Below are positions 1 to 12,808 of a stretch of 64,000 bases of DNA, one piece after another. The stretch comes from Octopus sinensis (taxonomy: Eukaryota). Below the pieces are notes generated by a model, which was given only the letters and a program-made list of their open reading frames with translations, ran no database searches and was not told where the DNA came from. Position 1 is the stretch's first letter. Every line of letters starts with the position of its first letter. The translations under genes and the position numbers were made by a program. The stretch covers positions 68,386,001 to 68,450,000 of the forward strand of contig NC_043003.1 of the NCBI RefSeq assembly GCF_006345805.1, in the 5' to 3' direction.

Positions 1-134
1 AAGTTCTTACATTAAGAGTAAAATTTAATGGCATGCTTTTGAGTGTATTTGTCTGTTAGACTGGATGCGAAATAAAGTTATTTACAGAAATCTGTTTATC
101 TGATTTTTCTTCTCTCTATTGATAAGTTTTTATG

Positions 135-473
135 TTTTGTCTCAGTCATAGATTGTGGTTTTGCTAGGACACTACTTGGAAAGGTTTAGCCAAACAAATC
201 GACTTCATTACTTAATCTTATTTTATAGTCTGGTACATACTCTATCGATCCTTTGTTCCCGGACAGCATTCTTACGTTGACGTAAATAAACGATCACCAG
301 TTGCCAAGGAGGATTCAGAGGACAAGCACAAAAATACAAACGTACATACACACACTCACACATATACACGCACACACGTAAGTATAGATATTTTCGTAAA
401 CAAAAATCTCACTCACGGGACATTGGCTGGCCCTGAGCTGTAGTAGAACTCCCATACGCGCAGTGGAACCGAA
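135..473 (-). mobile_element. Diverged, 5'-truncated copy of SINE family A
   Basis: Collinear with the clearer copies at 834-1261 and 15126-15534 (cagtcat...gctaggacact; cactcac...ggccctgagctgtagtagaa; cgcagtggaaccgaa). Confidence 0.6.
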
Positions 474-476
474 TAC

Positions 477-1057
477 ACAGTCACGCAGGGGAATCCAGCC
501 AAAGGTGTAATGAAGAACCGCATGGAGGCGGTGACCGATATAGTCTGACCACACGACTCTCCATAACTCTCGGCAGAGAAAATGAATGAATGATTACCTA
601 CAGTTTGTCGAAGTTTCTGATATAAAATAGTAAGGGAATATTTAATTGCAGTAAAGATTATTTGCCAATGTAACATGGCAGTTCTTGTTTAGGACGAATG
701 TTGCTGTAATTTAGCCCCAGGACTGCCATGTTATGTTGGCAGATAATCTTTACTCCAAAGTGCTGTTGCTGAATATCTCTCGCTGTGAGATTTACAAATG
801 GGAATTTTCTGATATTTAATTATTTTATTCTTTTTTACTCTTTTACTTGTTTCAGTCATTTGACTGCGGCCATGCTGGAGCACCACCTTTATTCGAGCAA
901 TCGATCCCAGGACTTATTTTTGGAAGCTTAGTACTACTTATTCTATCGGATTTCTTTTGCCGAACCGCTAAGTTACGGGGACGTAAACACATAGCCATCG
1001 GTTGTCAAACGATGTTGTAAGTGGGGCAAACATAGACATACAAACATATACACAAAC

Positions 1058-1097
<40 letters not shown>

Positions 1098-1550
1098 CTA
1101 CGAAGGGCTTATTTCAGTTTCTGTCTACCAAATCCACTCACGAAGCTTTGGTCGGCCTGAGGCTATGGTAGAAGACGCTTGCCCAAGGTGTCACGCAGTG
1201 GAAATGAACTCGGAACCATGTGGTTGGTAAGCAAGTTCCTTACCACACAGGCACTCCTGCGTTTGATAATGTCTTAGTATCTATAAAAAGGTTAATGGAA
1301 TTTTACGGATATTATGGTTATATAGATAGTGTTGGGTCTTTGGAATTTCGATTTACAAGCCAAAAGATAAACCAAAGATCAAAATTTATAACTGAGAGCA
1401 AATGGACCTCAGCAACTTCGACAAACTGTAGCTAATCATTCATTTATTTTCTCTGCCGAGAGTTATGTACATTCGTATGGTCAAACTATTCAAGTACGTC
1501 AGAGACAACTGTCATTACACCGTTTAGCTGGATTCCAATGCGTGACTGTA
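477..1550. repeat. Diverged ~140 bp inverted repeat pair (477-620 / 1409-1550)
   Basis: ataactctcggcagagaaaatgaatgaatgattacctacagtttgtcgaagtt on the left is the reverse complement of aacttcgacaaactgtagctaatcattcatttattttctctgccgagagttat on the right. cagtcacgca...gaatccagc also mirrors gctggattcc...tgcgtgactg. Confidence 0.85.
834..1261 (-). mobile_element. SINE family A (tRNA-derived head, CORE-like ccttgggcaag segment, internal TA/TG microsatellite, gagtaaaa tail)
   Basis: Minus strand begins cgcaggagtgcctgtgtggtaag (A-box-like), then ggttccgagttcatttcc (B-box-like) and caccttgggcaag. It ends in tandem gagtaaaa. Many copies occur in the window. Confidence 0.85.
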
Positions 1551-1904
1551 CAGTCCCAACTGAAATGTGGACATTATCTGACCAGGTTATGTTTGATGTA
1601 CACTTATGTTTCCTTCCGGTTGACTCAGGCTTAAAAATCCCTCTTGCATTCCTGTGGCATTCCAATTATATCAGTCTTAGTAAAGGATTTGTGATGTCTA
1701 AATATGGAGAAGTAGGTGTTCAACAAAACTATTTTCGCCCACATCAGCGAGGGATAGCAAGGGATGCATTCAGATTTTAGCGACAAGGGTCCGTTTGAAA
1801 AACATATATTGCAGGCTGTAAGCCAAAGCTTGTGCAACGAGCAAGCTGCTCTGGGAAACGTGAGATGGAAGCACAAAGAATACAGGAATGATAATTATTA
1901 TAAT

Positions 1905-2326
1905 TTCTACTCTAGGTGGGGAAAGAGGCTAGTCGATTACATCGACCCTAATCTATAACGGGTATTTATTTCATTGATCCGAAAGGATGAAAGGCAAAGT
2001 CGACCTCGGTGGAATTTGAACTCAGAACGTAGCGGCAGAGGAAATGCCGGTAAGCATTTCGCCCGGCGTGCTAAAGATTCTGCCAGCTCGCATCCTTAAT
2101 GATAATAATTATCCTTACTACTGGAAACGCGAGGCCTCAAATTTTGGGGAAAGGATTAAGTTGTTTACATCGACTGCATTGTGTAACTGGTACTTATTTC
2201 ATCGACCGCGAAAGGATGGAAGGCAAAGTTGACCCCGGTGGAATTTGAACTCAGAACGTAACGGCAGACGAAATACCGCTAAGCTTTTCGTCGGTCGTGC
2301 TAACGATTCTGCCAGCTCACAGTTTT

Positions 2327-2374
<48 letters not shown>

Positions 2375-2478
2375 CCCTTCTACTATACGCACAAGGCCTG
2401 GAATTTTGGGTTGAGGCCAGTCGGTTACATCGACGCCAATACGCAACTGTTGCTTAATTTATCGACCCCGAAAGGAAG
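1905..2478 (-). mobile_element. Cluster of three SINE family B copies
   Basis: Repeated gaaaggatgaaaggcaaagtcgacctcggtggaatttgaactcagaacgt...ctgccagctc, the reverse complement of the family B consensus at 52652-52880. Confidence 0.85.
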
Positions 2479-2591
2479 AGCCCATCACAATATCATGTTC
2501 AATACTACCGCTATGAGAAGTTTTCGGTGATTTTTGCCACATATTGTCAAGTGATATATCGCTGTGTTCTTGCCCATTATATGTAACTAGT

Positions 2592-2930
2592 ATGGAGGAA
2601 TAATTTCCCAGTGATTAGTGCAGCAGACTCGCGGTCATAGGATTGCAGTTTCGATTCCCACACCAGGCGCTGTGAATGTTTATGAAGCGAAAACACCTAA
2701 AGTTCCACGAGGATCCGGAAGCGGGGTTGCGAACCCTGCTGTATTCTTCCACCACAACTTTCTCTCACTCTTCCTTCCTGTTTCTCTGGTACCTGTATTT
2801 CAAAGGGCCAGCCTTGTCACACTCTGTATCACGCTGAATCTCCCTGACAACTACGTTAAGGGTACACGTGTCTGTGGAGTGCTCGGCCACTTGCACTGGA
2901 TCCCTCGTCGTCGTAACCGAAGGAATGCCA
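2592..2930 (+). mobile_element. SINE family C (tRNA-derived)
   Basis: tRNA-like head with B-box-like gtttcgattccc. The body is shared with 6604-6782, and the tail ccctcgtcgtcgtaa is shared with 24853-24900. Confidence 0.75.
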
Positions 2931-4549
2931 TGATGACGATGTAACTAGTAGAACCCTTGAAAATTCCACAGAACGGAAAGGATTAAGACAAGTTAAATGA
3001 TTGCATTTTTATTGTTATTTTCCTAAGTTATTTCACGTGACTATATTATAATATATGATTTTAAGATTTCTCTTTACATATCTCTCTTTATCGCTACTTC
3101 TTCAACAAACATTTTAACCATGTAATTCCCGTCTTCAGGTCTTTAATATTTCTCTCTTTCCCTTCTCCTCTCACTTCCACTGACTGACAGTATAATGCAT
3201 CGGCTGGCTATCTCCTCTGTCACTTACTCTCACTCCATCTCATCCTCTCCAGCATACTAAAGCGGGAAGTGTGAACGAACAGGTAGAAAGATATTACAGA
3301 TTTAGTTCAGTAAAATAAAATTATTTTCACTATCAACACTGTCCATCTCTATCTGCTTTTCTTTAACCTCACACTCTCCTAAAGATTATATCCTAAACAA
3401 ATCTCTTTCTCTTTACCTTTCCCTCCCCACCCTACAGCATGTCGTTAACACTTTACATTCCCTCTTTTCTCTCACCGTCTTTTCCTCTCGCCCTTCACCT
3501 TTCCCTTCAACCTGTCAGGTGACCCATTTGGTCTTATTACACATCTTTCTCTATTTCTTCCACACTTCCTCCCTCTCTACTTACACTAACACTCTCTAAC
3601 TTTTACTCCACCTCACACGCACTCCTTCTCCCTTACTAACGAAAGTATAACGGGTAAACGAACGAGCAGATTATTATACAGATAAGAAAGTACAATTTAC
3701 CATACAGTAATTATGTTGCCCAACAGTTTTGCATCGTTATATGAATGTCTGAAGGAATGGTGTCTCTTCTTCTCCACTTACTCATAGCAACCAAATATAA
3801 TTGGGCCCGTTCAGTCGATAATACTAATCTTCTGAAACGAAATTAGTCGTATAAGCTGTATTTAGTCAAAAGACGCCATTAAAATTTTCAATATTCATTG
3901 TAATGGTTATTCACCTGAGAACAGTAAAAAAATTAGTTTAGCGACGGCCCAAGTACTACTCTCACTTTTTATAGATGTGATCTGTCATCACGTTGACATT
4001 GATCTAAATATTTAACGAGAATACAATTGACGATTTCTTTTCTTGTGTTTCAAAGAATATCTCTTCTTAATTGTTTATCATTTGATCTTTAATATTGTAT
4101 TTTCATTACCTTATCTGATGTTTTACTTTTACTGTTATGAATCGACTTTGATTTCTATAGATATTCGCTTTATTGTTTGCCTTTGTTTATATCGTTTCTG
4201 AATATAATATCATTGTTTTTACGCTCTTGAGTCATTTTTCAGGCGCGATTGTAATTTTCTTTATACTTTTATGTAAAAGAGATTTTCATTTTCTTTTTTC
4301 TTCTTCATTGTTAAAGATAGAAATCTAAACTAACTTTACGCTTATTGATTTGAGTGGCTTTTATTGATCTCAAAGACTTGTAGGTGCGAGCAGCGAATTG
4401 TTATAGAAAGTTCGTGTTGAGCTTATTCAGCAACGCTTGGCAGGTTCCCAGAGTTTCTTCGACCTTGTCTAACCAATATTTTTACAAGATAATTATATAT
4501 TTTTCTCGTGATGAATAGCTTTGTGTTGTGATAATGGTTTCTTAACCGT

Positions 4550-4550
4550 A

Positions 4551-4589
<39 letters not shown>

Positions 4590-4768
4590 CAGTAGTAGTA
4601 GTAGTAGTAGTAGTAGCAGTAGTAGTAGTGTTGGTAGTAGTAGTAGTAGTAGCAGTAGTAGTAGTAGTAGTAGCAGCAGCAGCAGCAGCAGTAGTAGTAA
4701 TTGTAGTAGTAGTAGTAGCAGTAGTAGTAGTTGTAGTAATACTCATAATAATAATAATCATAATAATC

Positions 4769-4803
<35 letters not shown>

Positions 4804-4832
4804 TAATAATAACAATAATAATAATAATAATG

Positions 4833-4896
<64 letters not shown>
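4550..4896. repeat. Compound (TAG)n/(CAG)n/(TAA)n microsatellite
   Basis: Direct reading. Confidence 0.97.
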
Positions 4897-4898
<2 letters not shown>

Positions 4899-5273
4899 CT
4901 TTCTAATTGATGTATCAATACCAGCAGATGACAACGTGTCTCTAAAAGAAATGGAGAAACTTTCAAAATACAAAGACCTGTAAATAGAGGTAACTCGAAT
5001 ATGGAATCTAAAAACAGAAACAATTCCTATCATAGTAGCCGCATTAGGTATGATAAAAAATATTCAGACAAATACATAACAAAAACACCAGGACTTACAA
5101 ATATATATAACATACAGAAAATTGCACTACTGGGTACTGCCTATATCATACGCAAAGCTCTCTCAATACGGTAACATTAAGAGCATCACAACAAACCACA
5201 GCACATACCCAAGGCACACACAGCTGCGCTCGGTAGTGAAGTGAAAGCACGCTATAAAAATAAAACTACTGAA
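4895..5273 (+). mobile_element. 3' fragment of R4/Dong-type non-LTR retrotransposon (restriction-like endonuclease end + 3' UTR)
   Basis: Encodes CFLIDVSIPADDNVSLKEMEKLSKYKDL*IEVTRIWNLKTETIPIIV. Near-identical to 5640-6021. Flanked by (TAA)n on both sides. Confidence 0.9.
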
Positions 5274-5276
5274 TAA

Positions 5277-5314
<38 letters not shown>

Positions 5315-5335
5315 TAATAATAATAATAATAATAT

Positions 5336-6021
5336 TACAAGTAACTGCAGAATATGTGGAGATGGACAAGAAACAATAAATCATATTATCTCTAGCTGCC
5401 CAGTCTTGGCTAAGAAGGAATATATTCACAGAGATGACAGAGTTGGAACCTACATACATTGGAAGCTATGCCAACATTATGGAATAACAACAGAAAAAAG
5501 ATGGTATAGGCACACACCAGAAAACGAGAAAGGTCACAGAAAACGAGAAAGCAACCATACTCTGGGATATGCCGATACACACAGATAGAGAAATTAAAGC
5601 CAACAGACCAGATATAGTTGTCAGTGATCATGAAGGAAAAAAATGCTTTCTAATTGATGTATCAATATCGGCTGATGACAACGTGTCTCTAAAAGAAATG
5701 GAGAAACTCTCAAAATACAAAGACCTGGAAATAGAGGTAACTAGAATGTGGAATCTGAAAACAGAAACAATTCCTATCATAGTAGGTGCATTAGGCATGA
5801 TAAAAAAATATTCAGACAAATACATAACAAAAACACCAGGACTTACAAACACATATAACATACAGAAAATTGCATTACTAGGCACTGCACACATCCTACG
5901 CAGAACACTTTCCATACAATAACCATCAGAGCATCACAACAAATCACAGCACATACCCAAGGCACACAGAGCTGTGCTCGGTAGTGAAGTGAAAGCACGC
6001 TATAAAAATAAAACTACTGAA
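5336..6021 (+). mobile_element. 3' fragment of R4/Dong-type LINE: CCHC zinc knuckle + RLE (PD-D/ExK) domain
   Basis: CRICGDGQETINHIISSC knuckle, followed by RPDIVV...LIDVSI...EKLSKYKDL...PIIVGALG (ORF 5569-5922). (TAA)n on both sides. Confidence 0.92.
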
Positions 6022-6052
<31 letters not shown>

Positions 6053-6603
6053 TGTTGTTGTTGTTGTTAGACAAAGTGTATATCAAAGAGATAGATTCCC
6101 TATTGTCTTATTGTGAAAATATTTTATTTTCCATATCAGAGCGTGGAATGCATATAGTAAATTTAGTTGCTATCATAGGATGACTGCTGCAAATTTATCA
6201 TTGAGGTATCATTAGAAAATAAACCTTTAAGTGATACAAAATAATTTTTTAAGTGGGGAATCTGACTACCGTCACACAATCAGTTTAGCGTTCCTCACTC
6301 ATTTCTATAGTATTGGCAGTAATATCGATTCTGTAAATTGTCTGATGCGTATAGCGAAATATTTTAAGATATAATCCGTATTTCTTTTACGAACATTAAC
6401 ATCGCCTCGGATGGGATTTTCATTCGGAACTAAGTGGACCAAATGTAAATCCATATATACGTTTTTATCAACATCGCCTTTCATTTCCTTCCACTTAACT
6501 AATTCATTAACAATAGCGTACCTATAGCAATGATAATACACGATAACAATAAAAGCTAGAATGTTTAATAAGAGATTTGCAGACTAAAACAACATTAACA
6601 GCG

Positions 6604-6782
6604 GTGGAAGTGCAATGGCCCAGTGGTTAGGACTCGCGGTCGTGAGAACGCGGTTTCGATTCCCAGACCAGGCATTGCGAGTGTTTATTGAGCAAAATCA
6701 CATAAGCTCCACGATGCTCAAGCGGGAGGGGAGTGATCCCCACAATACTCTTTCACCACAACTTTCTCTCACTCTTTCTTCC
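6604..6782 (+). mobile_element. SINE family C, 5' part
   Basis: tggcccagtggttagg (A box), ggtttcgattccc (B box). Homologous to 2592-2780. Confidence 0.75.
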
Positions 6783-8154
6783 ATGATATAACCACACTAT
6801 GGTGTGGTAAAACTTTCAGACCCTAGTCTAGATTGCGAATATTTCGTACCTTAGGGTGTTTCAGCTCTCCACCCGTTAAAGGCCACCGTTTACGGAATGA
6901 GGATAACAACGTAGCTTTCGCACCCGTGCAACCGCCAGTCTATCGCGTGTGGTGGGTGGAACTTCAAGTTGCCATACGCATACTTAGTAGCTAAGAGTAG
7001 GCTCGTATTAGAGCTTATTCTTTGTGGCTAATGGTGTGAATCCTGGTTAGAAGAAGAATACATCAACAGCGTGTATAGTACAATGCATTAGATGAGAATG
7101 ATGAAAATAAGAAGGAGGAAGATGATGACGAGCAAGAGAGAAGGAATAGGTGCAGGATAAAAACATCATAATATAGACCCAATACCATAGATTTTCTGAT
7201 AGTGTCATTCAAGTGCAGCAACACCACCATTAGAGACACCTATTTTATTTTATCTACCCCAGAGTGATGACGAGCGATGCTGATCCCTACGAGATTTCAT
7301 CTTAGAACACTTATTCGGTCAAATTTACTTTCTTTAAGTCATCTCTAACACAGGCCCGGCCCATGACCTGAAATTTGAAGTCTCATTAGTTGAATAATTT
7401 AAAGTTATTCCTGCATTATTTTTATCGTCTTGGTATGATTGAAAAAAAGTTTAATTTGGCGTGATGCGATCTTGTAATTTGCAGACTGTAGCTAAATAAC
7501 GCAAAACATTTTCCTCCCTAATCAGCAAACGAATTGTACCCAAATGTTTTATATATTAGGAAAGTATAAGAAAAATACAGAATATTTGAAATCACTACAT
7601 GATCTGAAATGGGATGTTTTACCTCAGTAACTGCAACAGAAAAACTGAGACATATTTCATTGATCAAATAAACAATTCGATCGTAAGATGTGTAGAGAAG
7701 AACAGTAATTTATTGTAAGGCAATGTTTATTGAAAAATTGAAGTTGAGTAAAATGAGATTATATTTAACATGCCTGTTCATGTTCGCCGCGAAATCCCTA
7801 TCTCTTGGTTATCTAAGATGTCGAGCTGAGGGAATCATTACAGCATCGGTAAAAATTATTTCGCAGTTTTTTTTTGGTTTTTTTTCTAGCTCTCTACATT
7901 CTGAGTTCAGACACCACCGAAGAAAAACTTTGCTTTTCTTCTTTCTGGGATCTACAAAATATAGGAGTAGCCAATCACCACTTCCCCTCAAAGTTGCGAT
8001 CCTAGTGCCTAAATAATACGCTATTTAAAGAGAGTATCTCGTGTTGTTTTCACATTAAAAATAACAAGCTCATCTTTATCTAAACTGAAACTGACGATCA
8101 ATGCAAATGAATACAAAGTGATAAACTGCTATAGACACATAAACACCACATATA

Positions 8155-8485
8155 TAGTGGTATCAAAAAGTTCCCGGACTGTAGTGCACCAACACATGGC
8201 GGCTTACAGTTGCATGCGCAAGTGAGAGCTTGTAGTGACCTTCATGAGGTAATGTACCGAGTGACATTGCTGTTCTTATTTTGCAAGATTTGAAATTTGT
8301 GTTTTTGTAATCACGTGTATGCTGTTATCTGCGATTTTGTCACGGACAGAAACAATGAGCCAATGTACAATTTTACGTTAAACTTGCGAAGTCTGCTACA
8401 GAGATATTGAGCATGCTTTAGCAAGCTTACAGCGACGAAGGAATGGGTCGTACGCAATGTTTTGAGTGGTACGGACGCTGAAAGA
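8155..8485 (+). mobile_element. mariner-type transposon 5' fragment (left end + N-terminal HTH, pseudogenised)
   Basis: Translates ANVQFYVKLAKSATEILSML*QAYSDEGMGRTQCFEWYGR*K, the typical mariner N-terminus (FxxKLGKSAxET..QAY...FEW). Confidence 0.75.
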
Positions 8486-10660
8486 CCTTGAGCATTTAGA
8501 ATATTTGTGCCAGATACGGCCGGTTTAAATGCAAAACGATTGAATATTATTGTCTTAAACAGAGGATTAATGGTTTGCTTAATATTTTGCGTTATAAATG
8601 AGTTATGTTCTTTATAACCATTATACTGTAAAAGAATGGAAAAGCTGTATTACTAAGCAGAAAACTAGTCATAAATGAAGAAGGGGCGGTTGTATTGAGT
8701 GTCCTTGCCCAGTTTGTATTTAACGTGCCAATTCTGATGGGTTTGTCGCAATACTCTATCGAGTAATTCACTAAATTATACAAGGGGTTATTTTTAGGTT
8801 TTGATCAGTCCTGTTGCTTTATAAACAATATACTAAACTATACAGTAGTTCGGGGACATTTCTCACATTGTAGAATGTCAAAAATATAAACCATACCAAA
8901 TGCTGAGAGTAAAACACTGGAAACATCAACATAAGATAGTTAATCTAAAACGTATATGATCGTTTAACAAAGAAATAATCATAATTCAAATGTTTACGTT
9001 TGAAGTCATGAATAAATTTGAAATGATGGCATTTAGGTGCTTCCATAATACAATAAATCGGAATATTTCAAGTTGTTCGAAAATTAGGAGCAAAAGACGA
9101 ACATCCATCATTCAACCAATGCGAAGTACACCGATCACGAGCTGAGAAAAATTGTATTCATTTTATCTGTATATGGAGTAAGGAAAGCATAATGATAGCA
9201 CTTTCTGAAACTGCTGAGAAGATCCATTGAGACAAACAGATAAGTAAAATCTAAGAGGAAACTGAATATATTATATTTGTAACTTGATTTCTCCATCGTA
9301 GACACTAAAGGAAATATATATACAAATATGAAATATCAAAACAGCATGCACCATAAGTGGTCTATTTAAGTTGACAATTCTTTACATCGTGGTTTAGTGA
9401 CTCTATGTTCCAGACAACTAATTGAGAATACATAGAAATGACAGTTAGGCGAATTACAGCCATATAAATTTACGTATGAAAAGGAAGTCCCCTAGAAACA
9501 GAAAAGAGTCATTAGCATTCTACTGAGAGTGTTATAATGAATGACAATGGCGTGTGTTTCGTGGATGTATAAACACACACTGATAAGAACATAACTGTAG
9601 ACAGCTCTCTTGTTATAAGTGGTGTAGCATTAACAGATTTTAAATTTATCGATATCACTTGCCAGTCAAACACATACATCACTTTAAGTGAAATAGTTTC
9701 AAATATAAAGAATTTATAAATAGAACTTTAACAGTTGTTTAGAAAATTTGTGCTTAATACCGACACGAAATATTCATTCTCCTCACATGAACATTCACAG
9801 AACTCATGCGTAATTCAAAGAAGAATATTGAAACACTGCACTCTGTGCATGAAATGTCTTTCTTCATGGATGTCTTTTTAACGTATATTGTGCGTTTAAA
9901 TTTACGCTATACTAATGGTTAATGAATGGCATCGGCAAAAATTATGCTGAGACCAAGTTGAAAATTGCGATAAAAATTATTGGAAAATTAGTCACGTGCC
10001 CACATATTTTGCGACTGTAAACAAAGTTTTTAAAATAGTATTGTAGTTAGAATGTTGGATTGTAGTTAAAAAGTAGATCAGCATTTTCTCTAAGTAAAAA
10101 TGCATCCTAGAATGTACTTGAAATGAGAGCAATGGCATTTCTCTTTCGTGTAATATGTTTTATCTACCCCAAGGTTGACAAATACGACAAGTAGAGTGTA
10201 ATAGATTTGTGGAATTGTTAAAGAATGGAGAATATATCTCGTGGTGGATGTTCTCGCCTTTTAAGTTTGAATTCAAGTTATAAGAAGTTACTAGGGTGAA
10301 GATTAATAACCCAGCCATATGCGCCGCATCCAACAGGCATTTAACCAGCGCAGATAATTAGGCTTACAGCTGGCATTCATGATCATGCAACCACATGATG
10401 ATCGAATTCAGCGGAATGGCGAGCTCGATTAAGTTGATTTTAATATTTGAATGCTATGTGAAGGACTGGATATGGCATGGCAAATGATGTGCAGATCTGC
10501 GTAGACCTGCACTGACGCTGCGACTCCAGTGTTTCTTTGACAGTGAACAAGTGCTGTCCCTGTTTGCTACCAGCGCTTTTCATACCAAAACTCTTTCATT
10601 GACCTACTGTTCTGGATCTAGTGTAGACGAATCAGGACATTTGTACACCTAGACTACCGT

Positions 10661-11275
10661 CAGAGACAACAAGTTGGAAGTTCATGTTGGTGTTATGCCT
10701 AGGGCGCCATATATTTGGTTTTGTACTTAGTGTTGTACTAGTGAATGCCTAAAGAATCATACAAAAATTATGTTTTTTTTAAAACTTGAGATTACATAGA
10801 GAGTGTTTTCGTAGGATATGAGCAGTTCCCATGAGCACTATCTTTTGAATTTCTGCCATTTTGGGGTTTCCTGGTGTCTGTGTTAGGTAGCAATCAGCCC
10901 CTTTTGCTATCATTCCCAGGGCACCTATGACAACAGGTATTGTTTTAGTCTTCAGACTCCACATATTGCTGATTTCTATTTCCAGATCTTTATATTTGCT
11001 CAGTTTCTGGTAGGTCTTGACCGATACGTTTATATCGATTGGGACAGTCATATCAATGATGAGGCATGTTTTTTGTCTGAAGTCTTTTACTATGCTGTCT
11101 GGCCTATTCGCGTCTATCTTTCTGTCAGTTTGAATGGTGAAGTTCCAGAGGGGTGAGATGTGGTCATTTTCAAGCACTGGAGGTGGTTTGTGTTTTTATC
11201 ATGGGGCAAGTCCAGGCTTTTGCAAATTACCCAGTGAATATATTGTGCCGCTCTATCATGCCTGTTCAGATACTC
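10661..11275 (-). mobile_element. 3' fragment of R4/Dong-type LINE (second subfamily)
   Basis: ORF 10779-11177 LWNFTIQTDRKIDANRPD...IDMTVP...KLSKYKDL...VVIGALG. Near-identical to 30340-30940. The truncated 5' end abuts the (TAA)n tract at 11276-11345. Confidence 0.92.
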
Positions 11276-11332
<57 letters not shown>

Positions 11333-12808
11333 TATTATTATTATTGTTGTTGTTGTTGTTGTTGTTGTTGTTTTTGTTTTTGTTGTTATGAAGAAGAAGA
11401 ACAACAACAACAACGACACCAGCAGCAACAAGCACAGAAACAACGAAGAAACGAAAAAAAAACGTATGAGAATAGAAACAATGAAAAAGCGAATTCTCAT
11501 TAATGGGTTGCTAATGATATTGTTGTTGTTGTCTAGCTGACCTTTGATCGAAGGTTTTCAACACGTGACCGCCAACCATTTTAAGGCAGTTATTTGAGCA
11601 ACAGGGCTTGTCTTCATTTCTTGTTATTTTCAGCATGCTTGAAAATCGAAAGACATATTTATGAGTAAATCTTATAAGATTCATCCCAGCAGAGAAATCT
11701 TATCGATTCTCACTCATCATCGTTGTTCTAATAAATTATTTCGCCTTCAGGAAACTACACGGAAGTCTGTATCATTAGCGCTTCTTGTTATCCGCACATG
11801 TATCAGAACGATATTGCACTCACAATATATTTCCTAATTAATATTATCAATATATTTTTCTCACCGTGAGACTAAAAAGGTGTTTAAAAATATGAATATA
11901 AAATTATAATTAATGGTTATTTCGTTTAAAACTATTCAAGCAAGATATTAGAAATATGAACTTGACTAATGAAAATTATCAACAGCTCTGTAAAGCTAAT
12001 CAGTACTTTTAAAATCTGAAGAACTTTATTAAATATTTTTATTGCTTGAAGATAAATATTTAAAACCAGTTCGTTACGTTTGAATAGTCTCTACTGTAGC
12101 GTAATATAAAATTGCTTATAGTACGGTAACAGATATGTGCGTATCTACCTATCTATCTTTTTATCTATCTATCTATCTATCTGTGTGTGTGTATGTGTGT
12201 GTGTGTCCTTGTGTGGGTACGCTAAAATAAGTAAATGTCCGTATATCTTCTAAAGTCATGTTTTAAAATATGGGTTATTTGCGTCGGGTGCAGAAACTGT
12301 AAATATGTGGTGATGTACGTCACACTACCATATCTAGGCATGAATTGCTGTAAGCTGAAATTTTCCAGGTGATTAAATTGATAGATGTTTCTCTCTCTGT
12401 GTGTGCGTGTGTGTATATATGTGTGAGGGGTTCTTTCTATGTTTATGCGTAAGTATATGGATTGGTGTGATGTACTTAGAAAGAGGAATAAAATTCATCA
12501 ACGCATAAATTAATGTATTTTTGAAATATGTCATAAAATCGTAATTCCAATTTGCACAGGTCCGTTTACAACTTCTGTGATAATAATTTTCTCTAATCTT
12601 GGCACTAGGTTGGCAATTTATAACATATATAGTGGCGTCATTTAATTTAAGAACGCTTGTATACTAACGTTAAAATGGCATTTTTTTATATATTCAAGTT
12701 GTAATTTGTGAATTAAGATGTATATCAAAATAAAGAAAATTTCACGAGCATTAATGTGGTATGCAACTTTACAGCGTAACATCAATAAATTAATTGTAAA
12801 TTAACAAA

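Noticed and set aside
3130-3700. Pyrimidine-rich region with a loosely duplicated gaacga...attacagat block
   Set aside because: Similarity is too low and no convincing structure or motif could be built.
6604-6670. tRNA gene
   Set aside because: A/B boxes are present but there is no full cloverleaf, and the sequence continues into a repeated SINE body. The same applies to the SINE A and B heads.
10300-10600. Possible RTE LINE 3' end on the minus strand
   Set aside because: Only vague similarity; too decayed to support.
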